DNA from: the human T2T-CHM13v2.0 reference genome, Homo sapiens | Length of the DNA: 64,000 nucleotides | Direction: 5' to 3' (one strand) | NCBI RefSeq assembly: GCF_009914755.1 | Contig: NC_060947.1 | In this document: piece after piece, positions 46,770 to 61,405 of the stretch | How positions within the stretch are numbered: the first letter of the stretch is position 1 | Layout of the letters: each line of letters begins with the position of its first letter | Notes under the pieces: model-generated | Told to the model about the DNA's origin: nothing | Seen by the model: only the letters and a program-made list of their open reading frames with translations | Database searches by the model: none | Program-made: the position numbers and the translations under genes

Positions 46770-47975
46770 ATTTATCTTAAGTTCTGGGGTACATGTACTG
46801 AGCGTCCAGGTTTGTTACATAGGTATACATGTGCCATGGTGATTTGCTGCACCTATCAACCTGCCATCTAGGTTTTCAGCCCCACATGCATTAGGTATTT
46901 GTCCTAATGCTCTTCTTCCCCTTTCCCCCAACACCCCCTACAGGCCCTGGTGTGTGATGTTCCCCTCCCTGTGTCCATGTGTTCTCGTTGTTCATCTCCC
47001 ACTTATGAGTGAGAACATGTGAAGTTTGGTTTTCTGTTCCTGGGTTAGTTTGCTGAGGATGATGGTTTCCAGCTTCATCCATGTCCTTGCAAAGGACATG
47101 AACTCATTCTTTTTTATGGCTGCATAGTAGTCCATGGTGTATATGTGCCACATTTTCTTTATCCAGTGTATCATTGATGGGCATTTGGGTTGGTTCCAAG
47201 TCTTTGCTATTGTAAATAGTGCTGCAATAAACATGTGTGTGCATGTGTCTTTACAGTAGAATGATTTATAATCCTTTGGGTATATACCCAGTAATGGGAT
47301 TGCTGGGTGAAATGGTATTTCTGGTTCTAGATCTTTGAGAAATCACCACACTCTCTTCCACAATGGTTGAACTAATTTACACTCCCACCAACAGTGTAAA
47401 AGCATTCCTATTTCTCCACATCCTCGCCAGCATCTGTTGTTTCCAGACTTTTTAATGATTGCCATTCTAACTGGTATGAGATGGTATCTCTTTGCGGTTT
47501 TGAGTTGCATTTCTCTAATGACCAGTGATGTTGAGCTTTTCTTCGTACGTTTGTTGGCCACATAAATGTATTCTTTCAAGAAGCGTTTGTTCATATCCTT
47601 CACCCACTTTTTGATGGGGTTGTTTTTTTCTTGTACATTTGTTTAAGTTCCTTGTAGATTCTGGATATTAGACCTTTGTCAGATGGACAGATTGCAAAAA
47701 TTTTCTCCCATTCTGTAGGTTGCCTGTTCACTCTGAAGATAGTTTCTTTTGCTAAGCAGAAGCTCTTTAGTTTAATTAGATCCCATTTGTCAATTTTGTC
47801 TTCTGTTGCCATTGCTTTTGGTGTTTTAGTCATGAAGCCTTTGCCCGTGCCTATGTCCTGAATGGTATTGCCTAGGTTTTCTTCTAGGGTTTTTATAGTT
47901 TTAGGTTTTACATTTAATCCTTTATTCCATCTTGAGTTAATTTTTATACAAGGTGTAAGGAAGGCATCCAGTTTC
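46770..47975 (-). mobile_element. 5'-truncated L1PA (PA7-10 type)
   Basis: Antisense ORF2 C-terminus ([22 protein letters not shown]) and 3'UTR. Confidence 0.92.
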
Positions 47976-49056
<1,081 letters not shown>

Positions 49057-49564
49057 TGCTTAGGCAACTTTAAATTGTATGTATAACCAGCGTGTGGAGA
49101 AGAACCGGGATGAACAATAGAATAAAAGGTGAAATAAGTGATTTGAATGAAGGAGAAAGTAACACTAACAGCCATCATCACCACCACCATCTTCATTAAA
49201 ATCATATCTAATACTGACTATCTGTCTTATTCTATGCACTATATTAATACTAATTCTATGCACTATACTAATAACTACTGTCAATCAGCTTCTGGGAGTG
49301 ATATGCCGTCTTAGTTGTTCAGACCCAGCACACTAAACTACTAATAACTAGTGCATAGAATAAGTCATACTAATAACTACTGTGTCTTCTTTATATATAA
49401 AATGTTTAGGTATGATTCCTGAAAGGTCGTTTAGACCTGATTTTCAAATGGCCACTCCAATCATCAGAGACACAAGTATCCATCAATTAAGAGAAAACCA
49501 AAATCATACTCAGATGAACCTTGGGGAAATGTATCCAAAGCCCTTTAATAGAAGAAAAATTAAA

Positions 49565-49770
49565 TAGCTATGATTTATTGAGCATTTACTCTGTGCCAGA
49601 CACTGCACTTAACGTGCTGCAAGAATTATCTCCTTTAACTTCACAAGACTCTCAGAAGTCCGATTATTAGCCTTTGGTCCCTTCTGTGTGGAGGGCTAAG
49701 AAAGGGATGCAAAGGTTGGGAGTAACTGGATGAAATCTCTCAGAGCCCCAGCCCCATACTCTATCTTCTG
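49565..49770 (-). mobile_element. MIR SINE
   Basis: 'atttattgagcatttactctgtgccagacactg'. Confidence 0.7.
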
Positions 49771-49789
49771 TGCACATAAAATGACCAGA

Positions 49790-50180
49790 CTCCTGGTCAG
49801 AGACAAAGGACAGCAATAGCCACAGCTAAAATAACATCACGTGCACTGGTTCCCTGAATCCCAGTTTCCACAGGGTGATGCAATGAGGGCCAGACGATGC
49901 CTGAACATACATTACAGGTGCATTACAGGAAAGGAGTTCCAAGCTTAGGAAACCCCAACCTTTGATAAGAGGGCTACTAGTAAACCTGCCCTGGAGAGAC
50001 ACATTATCCTGGACAGCAAACAAATCTACCTTCTGCTCTGGAGGGAGACACTCTCTCTACCTTCTAAGGCTCCTCATTATGCAAACGTCCTTGAAAAGTT
50101 AGTCTGGAACACAAATCTGTTAATGCATTCGCCCAGATGTGCAGAAATGCAAATTACCGTTGGAGAATTGCCTCCCAACA
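49790..50180 (-). mobile_element. ERV-class solo LTR, family uncertain
   Basis: Minus strand begins TGTTGGGAGGCAATTCTCC...CATTTCTGCAC, an LTR-type start. Confidence 0.6.
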
Positions 50181-52789
50181 AACAAATGGTCCAGCAAGGT
50201 TTTATAGGATTATTCCAGCACTCCTAGGTAAGTATAATTGTAGGAACAGAAATTAGGATTGTACATGTTTCTAAGCTTCAACTTACTTAATTATTTTGAA
50301 AGCCATTGTAGCATGTCTATAGGCTGTATTGTCAAAAATCATTCACCTATTTCGAAGATAATACAGTGCAAAAAATGTTTTTATAAATATTGAGTGCCCT
50401 TCCTGACACACAGATAGGCTCTTGACAGAACCCACTTATACCCACTGCAGTGTATATTTAGTCATGGACATCCTAATGATAGGAGAGTTCATCCTATCAT
50501 TGAGCTCTCAAGCATTCAGTCATTGAACTCATCAAGTGGGTTTTCTGAGAAGAATAAAGTTACTAATGGTGTTGGTGATTAAGTTTGTGAATGAATAAAT
50601 TAAATCCATCGATACTTTATTAACAACTATTAAGAGCTGCTAAAAGGGTGCCATAGGCCAGGTGAAACTGGTTTAGTTCAACCTTCAACCTATTAGATTA
50701 ATATCTAATTAACCCTTATTAGTTCCTCTTTACAGATGAGGAAACCCATATAATAAGTATATTTCCCAAGATTACACAGTAGATGGCGAAAAACACATCT
50801 ATCTCACTCCACATGTAGTCCCAACATGTATTAACAGGACTCTTTCTGATCACCTTTAGGCATATCAGAATACTTTTAGAAACCAGGGACCTTCGTGGGC
50901 TCATAGAGAAACTTGAATTTGGATTCTGAACCCATATAAAATGATAACACCATTTTTGTTTCTAAAATAACCACTCTCCAACCAAAAATTGAGGACCCAA
51001 AAATGCCTTTTCCCGAATGGAATGGGGGAAAAAATAAGCCGCGGCATTTGTAAAAGCTAGTCAATGATGTATTAGCCTCTGGATTATCATAAAACTAGTT
51101 TGGTAATTCTGTGATTGTTATGAAGTTAATAGTAACTAGGGAAAGTTACCCGAAGCCCTCAATCATTTATTTAGTGCTGGCAATATCCCAGGGGGGAAAA
51201 ACCCACAAGCAACTATTTAAACCACTTCACATATTCATGAAAAAAAAGAACATGAGTATTTATCAATTAATAGGAATTTCCATCTTTTCAGTTCTTAAAC
51301 TTAGAGAAAAAATATAGGAAAAATCATAACTATGTTTGCATCATAAATACTATAGTATAACAGCCTCGTAGTTTGATCAAGATGTCATTCTATCCATGTG
51401 TGTGAATTCCAATGTGACAAAGTCAAACGATAGCATAAGAGGATTCAATTCCCAAAAAATTTTAAAATTAGAAAAATCCAAAACACATCAACATATTGAC
51501 ACACTTCAATTTTCAGAATTTTGGAGATGTTCATTATTTTTATTCATGTTCATCATAATTATTATAGTGTACCTATGAAGTCTGATGAGCATCCAAATAA
51601 AGATTATCAGCTTTTACCATGCTTAAGAATCTATATTGAGTTTGAGATCTAGGCTTTTCTCACTGACATTTTTACAAAATAATAAAGATAAAATATAATA
51701 AAACATTCAAATAATGGCACAAGCACTGCTGTGCAAAGATGGAGATGCTTTTAAACCTGATGGATGAATGACAGGTAGCACCAATATATGATGGCTTGAA
51801 ATACTCACTCATCAGATGATATACTTAAATTTCAATTTGGCTAATGAAAGGCAGTTTAAGGATTTCCTGATGAATAATGTATTAATATGTGGGATGCATA
51901 AAACTCAAATTACAAAGGTCAGCACAGATCAAATGCAAGACTTCTGAATTTCCAGGTGTGATGGCAGCTAGCTAGCACTGTGTGCTCCTCAGTTTCCATT
52001 ATCACTGCAGAACACCCATGGATGCACAGGACATTTTATTTCACAGAAGTCCTGGAAGCTGAGCAAAGCAATCAATGACTTGCCTCCCACTAGTAGAAAT
52101 TCTGTTGGCCGTAGGGGAGATGAGCTTGACATTAAATTGTCGTATTCACTTCCTAGTCCTTCGAAACAGGACAGAGCCAGAGAGGAAATAGGAAGGAGTG
52201 GAATGTAACTGACCCCCCAATATCCACCCCTACCTTGGAGAGAATAGGTCTGAGTCACACCTTTTCTGCAGGAAAACAACCCTCTGAGTCGCTTAGGATT
52301 ATAGATACCAAGAATTTGGCTAAGACCTGTACCCATCAACTCACTCCCTCAAGTTACAATCTGAGGCAGAAATTATGACAAACCCCAATTGGTCCATGAA
52401 CATAACCAGAGAGAGAGTAGTATTACCTCATCTTCTGCAAAACTCAGGTCAGGCTAGATCTCTTTCTTGCAAGGATGAACTCACAGGTGGGGAATAAAAG
52501 AATTTAACATGAAAAGATCAATAAAAATATTTTGCAACATTAAAACCTGATCACATAGCAGTTATTTTTCAAATGCTGATGTTCCAGGTACTCTGCTTAG
52601 CACTTCACATACTTACCTACCTTAATTTTCAGAGCCACCCCATGAGAGAGGCACTGAAGTCCCAGAAGGATAATTAAATCTTCAAAGTCACATGGCTGAT
52701 TGGTGCCAAGGCTGGGACTCAAATAAAAATTGAAGGTCTGTGCTCCTAATCACGCCCCAGGCTCCTTCCCAGGGAACCAGGGACCTGTG

Positions 52790-52982
52790 CTTCTCAACTC
52801 TCAGGACACATACAAATCCCTGGTTGAAGTGGGGAGGGTGGCAGTGGGGGCAGGGGAGCATGTTATGTTAAAATGCAGATTCTGATTCAGTGAGTCTGGG
52901 GTGGAGTCTGAAAATGTACATTTCTAACAAGCCCCTGGGTGATGCTGATGCTGGTGGTGCTTAGACCACAGTTTGAGCAGCA
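52790..52982. mobile_element. MER5-family MITE
   Basis: 'gttaaaatgcagattctgattcagtgagtctggggtgg...tttctaacaag'. Confidence 0.8.
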
Positions 52983-53039
52983 AAGATCAAGAAAGTATGC
53001 AACTGTGGGGAAACAGGAAGAAGTTAGGTTCTCAAAAAT

Positions 53040-53075
53040 ATGGCAAAAACCTCAATTACGTTTGCACCATCCTTA
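53040..53075. mobile_element. Half MADE1 (Hsmar1 TIR)
   Basis: 'atggcaaaaacctcaattacgtttgcaccatcctta' resembles the MADE1 arm ATGGCAAAAACCGCAATTACTTTTGCACCAACCTAA. Confidence 0.75.
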
Positions 53076-53519
53076 TATATAAGAAAATCTGAACTCTGTG
53101 AAGTAGGCAATGAAAGAAGAAATAAAAGCATGCAAGGCTGGCATGAAAATAGAAGGGTGAAGAAAGAGCTGGGACAAATTGCAAAGAATCCAAGGAAACT
53201 ACAAAGAAAGAAGTATCCACTAGAGCCAACAAAAGAGCAGAATCTGCATTAGGAAACAAATAAAAAATGTATAAGGCAAACTTACACAGCACTCCAAAAA
53301 TAATGAGGGGAAAGAACAAAAGGATGAAAATGGTAAAAAAAAAAAAAAAAAAAAAAAAAAGATTACAGCAACAGGAACAAAGATACAAGCTTCTAAAAAC
53401 AGGCATTGTAGAGGGGGAAGCAGGAAAACTGGGGCAAACAGTAAACTTGACGATACAGTACAGGAAAACATTCCTGCACGGAAGATATTCAGACTTAACA
53501 CTGAAAAAGTGAGGGTAAT

Positions 53520-53995
53520 TTCCCATGGCAGATGCTGTTGGTGCCCTGCTTCGTTTCCCCTCCTGACACTTCAGACTCCACCTGCTGCTACGGTGGACTG
53601 TTCCCTGGGCTTCCTGACAGCTCCCTGCTTCAAGCACCCATATCCCTCTGCCTTCGAGAGAGCTTGTGCACCAAGAAGCTCAGATTTAACACCCTCAGAT
53701 TAAATCAACCAAGGCGGAGCCAGATTCAGTGGATACACACCTCAGGTTCACCTTCACAGGCTGGGACAATTTTGAGGTGTGCTCTACATTGTCTCCCAAT
53801 ATCCCCAATAAGATTGAGCCCCAGTCATCTGCAGTTGTAATCCACACATTCACTCACCCTTTATTGGCTTTTCTCTCTTCCTTGCCCCAATTCCCACTCC
53901 CTAACTTGGGTATCCTGGGATCACCTCCCAATTAAATTATTGGCTCCCAAGTCTTTGTCTCAGGATCTGCTTTTCAGGAAACACAAGCTAAGACA
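53520..53995 (+). mobile_element. ERVL LTR16-like
   Basis: End 'gggatcacctcccaattaaa...gtctcaggatctgcttttcaggaaacacaagctaagaca'. Confidence 0.7.
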
Positions 53996-54139
53996 TGCCC
54001 CAAATATGTGAGAGGAAAATCCTTAACTATATTCAAAAGGAAAGAAATTCCACGTTTAATGATGTGTTATTTAATGGGTCAAGTGGCTCCCATGTTTTGA
54101 ATTCTGGAGCTTACAGGCAGCACTAAAGTGGGCAACAGA

Positions 54140-54500
54140 TGAGTCTTCCCAGACCTCACCCCTTTCACCACTTTCCCCTCCTTTGGGCTCCACTATACAT
54201 GGTGTATAACATCCAGAATGTCTTAGAGTATGATTCCTATCCTTTGTCTCCCCCTCTTACCTGTCAACACCTCATATACAGAAACTGCAATTTAATGGCT
54301 TTATATCCCAAGCATATAGCACAGTATCTTACACATAGAAGGCTCTTGATAACTTGCTAAATAAATGTTGGGTCAATAACTGGGTCCTAGGACTGGCTCT
54401 GCCACTGACTAGCTGTGTGACCTTGGAAAAATCACTTAAAGGCTTAACTGGGCCTCAGTTACCTCCATTTATAATATGAGATAACTTGACTCTGTGTTCT
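54140..54500 (+). mobile_element. L2 3' end followed by MIR
   Basis: 'atatagcacagtatcttacacatagaaggctc'; 'ctctgccactgactagctgtgtgaccttgg'. Confidence 0.7.
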
Positions 54501-54560
54501 CTGAGGTCAAGTTATTATATGAATCTAGATAAGTAAAATTTCTCCCCACTCTCTGATTTC

Positions 54561-54853
54561 TTTTTTTTTATTTTTGTGGGTACATAGTAGGTGTATATAT
54601 TGATAGGACACATGAGATGTTTTGATACAGGCATGCAATGTGTAATAATCACGTCATGGAGAATGGGGTATCCATCCGCTCAAACATTTGCCCTTTGTAT
54701 TACAAATAATCCAATATGCTCCTTTAGTTATTTTAAAATGTACAATTAAGTGATTATTAACTATAGTCACCCTGTTGTGCCACCAAATAGTAGGTCTTAT
54801 TCATTTTATCTAACTTTTTTTTGGTACCCATTAACCTGCCCCACGTACCCCCC
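54561..54853 (-). mobile_element. Short L1MA 3' end
   Basis: L1MA1-3 3'UTR; TSD ctctgat(t/c)tctt. Confidence 0.9.
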
Positions 54854-55053
54854 ATCTCTGATCTCTTGAGCCTGGTTAATGCAGTATAAAGCTGGCCATA
54901 CTATAAGGGAGACAGTCAAATCTTTGTGGATCACACTAAGCTGTAACTACGGTATTTTCTAAAATCCTAGCACTTAACAGCTTCTTTTTGTGCCTAAGTA
55001 AAATTCTACTGGTGACTATGATGTACCCTTATTGTCCAAGGCATTGTCTATGC

Positions 55054-55376
55054 CTGTGTTGTCCATTATGGTGGACACTAGTCCCATGTGGCTATTAGGC
55101 CCTTGAAATGTGCCTAGTCCCAAATGAGATGTGAGGTAAGTGTAAAAGACACACTGAATTCTGAAAAATGTAATACCAACAAAATGTGAAATATCTCAGC
55201 TGTGTTGTATGGATTACATGTTAAAGTGCTCACATGTTGGATATATTGGGCTAAATGAAATACATTACTAAAATTAATTTTACTTATTTCTTTTTACTTT
55301 TTAAATGTGGCTATGAGAGCAATTAGTATGAAGAAAATTTAGTGACTCACATCCTGTTTCTACTGGACAGTTTCTG
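55054..55376. mobile_element. MER33-like MITE
   Basis: 'gttgtccattatgg...catgtggcta...tttctactggacag'. Confidence 0.78.
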
Positions 55377-56139
55377 ATGATAAAAAAAGATGCATGTCTT
55401 AGTCTCTGACCTTTAAAAAAATTGTTTTAGTATAGTGGAGAGACACATGGAGGAAGAAATAGACCCAGAAGTAACTAATGGAAGGCAGCGTGACTGTGAA
55501 ACAGAAGAATAGAGGGACAATGTACTACATGAGTTAAGAGGAGAAAGGAATTCTGTAACTGGGTTTTATTTGCTGGGGAGCCACGTTGAGCCTGCTCCTA
55601 CATAGGAAAACACCCTGTTGTGTTTTGTCATTTTTCTCACAGAGATTCACGCATTATCACAATAGGCTTTTGCTAACAGCTACAGAGAAACTAGAGAAAA
55701 CCAAACCAAACCTGGTCTCAAAGATATTATTGTCCCGGAAATGCTCTGAGAATAAGAGAAAATCTTGTTTATATTTCCTGCCTGTGGTGTTCAAATCTAT
55801 CCAGGGAGAGGATGATATAAATTCCCCAAAATAAAGTATTGTGGCTTGACTCTCCCCATATCCCTCTAAAAAGACAAATTATTGTTCACAGTGCAATCTC
55901 TTGAATTGGCTAAATGGTCTTCCAAATAAACATTTTGAGAGATAGGTCCCCCAGGTGCTTACAAATTCCCCCAGTCCCTTAATGAGTGTATCAGTGCAAC
56001 TTCATGACAACTGAATGGAAAATGAAAAACTTGATGAGTGAGAGTCGGCTGAGATGGGTTTACTTGACATCCACTTTGTAACTCTAGCTTCACCATGATC
56101 TTGTGTGATAGCAAGTGAGAGCTAAAGGCAGTGAACTGA

Positions 56140-56790
56140 ATTCTATCTTTTACAATCCAGTATCTAGTCCCCCTTTTTTCCTTGCTAGCAGAACTCTGTT
56201 TTTGTTGGAGGAGGCAACAGGCCCAGCTAAAAACTATATTCCCCAGCCTCTGTTGCAGATGGGATGACCACGTAAGCCAGTTCAGGCCAATAAAACATAC
56301 ATGGAAGTTGTTGCATAGGGGGCCGGGCTCACAGCTCACCTTAAAGAGGGTATCAGGGTGGCCCACAGCTGTAGTCTCAGCTACCCAGGAGGCTGAGGTG
56401 GGAGGATCTCTTGAGTCCAGAAGGTCAAAGCTGCAGTGAGCTATGATCATATCACTGCACTCCAGCCTGGGAAACAGAGTGAGACCTTGTCTTAAAAAAA
56501 AGAAGGCAGCAGGGCATACTCAGATAGGGGACCCTCCACCCTGTGACCTCTGCCCTGCCAATCTTCCTGCCCACAATGTGGGCACAGTGAGGAAGGAGAA
56601 GCAGCCAACTGTGACCTGAGCAACAATCACACATGAGGACAGCTGAGGAAAGAGATGGATCACACATGAGGACAGCTGAGGAAAGAGTGTTATTATGGAA
56701 CCACTAGCCCTAGACTGGATTGTTACAGGAAAAACATGAAATAACTATTTGTTTAATCCACTAATTTAGACATTTTTGTAACTGATGTAT
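56140..56790 (+). mobile_element. Old MaLR LTR (MLT1) containing an Alu monomer
   Basis: 'aactatattccccagcctctgttgcag...cagttcaggccaat'. Confidence 0.6.
56356..56500 (+). mobile_element. Alu monomer (FRAM/FLAM/AluJ arm)
   Basis: 'ctgtagtctcagctacccaggaggctgaggtgggaggat...gcactccagcctggg'. Confidence 0.85.
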
Positions 56791-57049
56791 TTTGAGTTGG
56801 CTGGTTGCTTTGTGTACCCAACTGATGATCTCAGCTTGTTCATTTTCACCAAATGTGTTGACGTTTTGGTGACCTACCAATCCAACAATGGCAATGTCAG
56901 TGCCCATCATTGCTGTCTAATGGACCATAAAACTTAAAAAGAATAAAGCATCTCAACTACAACAAATGTTATACTGGGTGTGACCTGTGGTTTTCTAGTC
57001 CCTTGTTTTCACTGACTGTACTCACTGACACTTATCTTAAGAGCCTGAG

Positions 57050-57290
57050 GATGGTGTATTGAGTACTTGCTATTGACCAGGCACTATTTCAAGTGAATTA
57101 TGTATATTATGCATTTAATCCTTAGATGGACTCTGCAAGATAGGTAGTTATTTTTTCCATGATACAGATGAGGCAGAAATAGGGCATATGAAGTTAAATG
57201 ACGTGCCCAGCATCTCAACTACTAAGTGTTAGGTTCATCTGAATTCAAATTCATGTCAGCTACCACTAGAGCCTGTTCTCTACTAGCTAT
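57050..57290 (-). mobile_element. MIR SINE
   Basis: 'tattgagtacttgctat..ccaggcactatt' and 'acagatgagg'. Confidence 0.7.
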
Positions 57291-58177
57291 ACTTGATTGC
57301 CCCCTGCTCACAAAGAGCCCTAAATTCTTCCCTCAATGATACTTTAAATGTGTAGTGCCCAATATTTTTTGTTTAAACCTAGTCAATGTTTTAATATCTT
57401 CTTGAACCTACTTACAATTTAATCAATGCTATCTCTCGTGGCATGATTCAAAATCATCACCACCATCACCACAGACAGGATCATTCTGGATGTGCTTCCA
57501 GTTGATGATGGGTCAGAGCTAAAAGGACATATTATTTAACTCCATATTGCTCGATAACCATTGTTTTAAGCTATCCAGCCCTGTTTGAACCACCTGATAA
57601 CTGCATTCACACAAGTGACCCAAGCCCAGATCAGCTGAGGAACCACTCAGCTGAGCCCAGCCCAAATTGCTGACACATAGACTCATAAGCAAACAAAATG
57701 GTTGCTGTTTTCAGTCAAATGATATGCCCATAATCCCAGCTTCTAATTTAAATCTATGCCAGCTGACACTAGAGCCTGCTGTCTACCAACTATACTCTTT
57801 GGCTTGGGATAATCTAGTTTCTACTTATTGTTCTAACATCCTGTTGAGTTTAGCATTTGTTTTGGGATTTTCATTTTTAAGGAAGTAATACTATGAATAG
57901 ATGTATTTATATAAACTGAGCAGATTTTCTTGACTTCCATCTTGTAATTACAACTTCTGTGATGGTTTCATGCAGTAGCATGGGAAACCCATAAGCAGCG
58001 AATAGAATTCTGCCTTTAACAAGTGATTAAGTATTAAACTTGGTTACTAATAACCAATTCCTTCTTTTCCGATGTTTTCCACACACAGATGTATTAACAC
58101 TGTTCTTTCAAGGAAAGCATGGAGAGCTCTAGCTGATCAAATGAAGTGCTCTCAGACTAGAGCAGGCAAGGATAATG

Positions 58178-58358
58178 TATCAAGTATCCATTACGACCTA
58201 ACAAACCACCCCAAAACTTAGGGACTTAACTGCTATTTTGTTTGCTTATCAGTCTATCAGCAATTTATGCTAGGCTCAGCTGAGTGGTTCCTCTGCTGAT
58301 CTGGGCTTGGGTCACTCATGTGAGTATAGTCATCAGGTGGATCAAACAGGGCTGGATA
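58178..58358 (-). mobile_element. MaLR LTR fragment (MLT1)
   Basis: 'taacaaaccaccccaaaacttag...ggctcagctgagtggttc'. Confidence 0.7.
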
Positions 58359-58631
58359 CATTTTTTTTTTTGGTGCTTCTAGACAATTTTTATTTATTTA
58401 TTTATTTTGAGACAGGCTCTCACTTTAAGGGCTGGATAATTTAAAACAATGATTATCGGTAACAATTATAATTAGGTTGACCATGTAATTTGTAGTCCAA
58501 ACCAAGACACATCCAAAGTAAAATGGGAGGGTCTAAAATAAATGAAATATTTATTTCATTTAATTTTTTTAACATTTAAATATTTAAAATATTTAATATC
58601 TTATTTTGAAATAAAATATTTCAAAAAAAGA

Positions 58632-59452
<821 letters not shown>

Positions 59453-59483
59453 ATAACAAGCAGAACGATGATTTTTGTATACA

Positions 59484-61364
59484 CAGTTGACTCTTGAACA
59501 ACACAGGTTTGAACTGTATGGGTCCACTTATATGCAGATATTTTTCAATAAATATATTGGAAAATATTTCAAAGATTTTATGACAATTTGAAAAACTCCC
59601 AAACCAGATAGCCTAGAAATATCTAAACATTTAAGAAAAAGTTAGATATGTCATGAATGCATAAAATATACGTAGATACTAGTTTACTTCATCACTTACT
59701 ACCATAAAATATACACAAATCTATAAAAGTTAAAATTTATCAAAACTTATGCACACAAACACAGACAATACATGGTAAACAGTCGAGGGAAATGTAAACA
59801 AATGTAAAGATGCAGTTCTAAATCAAGACTGCATAAAATTTACTGTAGTAATACTGCACTACTGTAATCATTTCATAGCCACCTCCTGTTGCTATCATGG
59901 TGAGCTCAAGCGTTGTAAGTATGCGCTTAAAATGCCGCCATGTGAGGCTGACTATCTTTACGTGAACAGTTTGTCTCTACAGTAAATTGCAGATCACAGT
60001 AAAAAGTAATCTCTTGCGGTCCTCAAGTATTTATCATTGTATTTAGTGCAATACTGTAAACCTTGAATAACACCATGGGACCCATATGACGTGCCACTAG
60101 TGATGCTGGAAGTGCTCCCAAAAAGCAGAGAAGAGTCATAACATGACAGGAAAAAGCTGAATTGCTTGAGCACTGTAGAATGAGGTCTGCAGCTGCTGTT
60201 GCTCATCATTTCAAGATAAATGAATCCAGCGTAAGGACCACTGTAAAAACAGAAAAGGAAATTTGTGAAGCCATCACTGCAGTTATGCCAGCAGGTATGA
60301 AAACCTTGCACTTTTTGCAAAGTATGCTTTTATCTTGTATTGAAAATGCAGGTTTTATGAGGGTGGAGGATTGCGATAAGAAAGGTATACCTATAGACTC
60401 TAACATGATTCTAGAAAAAGTGAAGTCATTATATGACAATTTAAAGCAAAAGGAAGGTGAAGGATCTAAAGCCAAAGAATTTAATACCAGCAAAGAATGG
60501 TTTGATAGTTTTAGAAAGAGATTTGGCTTTAAAAATGTCAAGATAACAAGAGAAGCAGCTTCTGCCGACCAAGAGGCAGTGCATGAGTTCTCAGCCACCT
60601 TTGAGAAAATCATTGAGGAAAAAGGATATCTGCCTGGACAGGTTTTTAATGGAGACAAAAGTGTCCTATTCTGGAAAAAAAAAAATGCCACAAAGGACAT
60701 TTATTAGTAGGGAAGAGAAACAAGCACTAGGATTTAAGGCAGGAAGGGATGGGCTAATTCTACTGTTTTCTGCAAATGTAGTCAGGTTTATGATCAGGAC
60801 TGCCCTCATTTAACCCCTGAGCCTTGAAGGGAAAAGAAATATCAGCTGCCAGTCTTTTGGTTGTACAACAAGAAGGCCTGGACAACAAGAGCCTCTTTCT
60901 GAGTTAGTTCCATTGATGCTTTGTCCCTGAAGTCAGGAAGTACCTTGCCAGTAAGGGACTGCCTTTTTAAGTTCTTTTCATATTGGACAATGCTCCTGGC
61001 CACCAGAACCCCATTAGTTCAACACCAAAGGTGTCAAAGTGATCTACTTGCCCCCAAATACAATGTCTCTAATTCAGCCTCTAGATCGGGGGTCAAAAGG
61101 ACCTTTAAGGCACATTATATACAGTACTTTATGGAAAAGATTGTCAACGCTATAGAAGAGAACCCTGATAGAGAAAGCATCATAAAAATCTGGAAGGATT
61201 ACACCATTGAATATACCATTGTTGTTATAGAAAAAACTGTGAAAGCCATCAAGCCTGAAACAATAAATTCCTGCTGGGAAAAACTGTGTCCAGATGCTGT
61301 ACATGACTTCACAGAATTTATGACAGAGCCAGTCAAGGAAATCATGAAAGAGATTGTGGATATG

Positions 61365-61405
<41 letters not shown>

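Noticed and set aside
53056-53637. 193-aa hydrophobic ORF
   Set aside because: Poly-Phe from a poly-A/T tract; overlaps LTR sequence; no recognisable domain.
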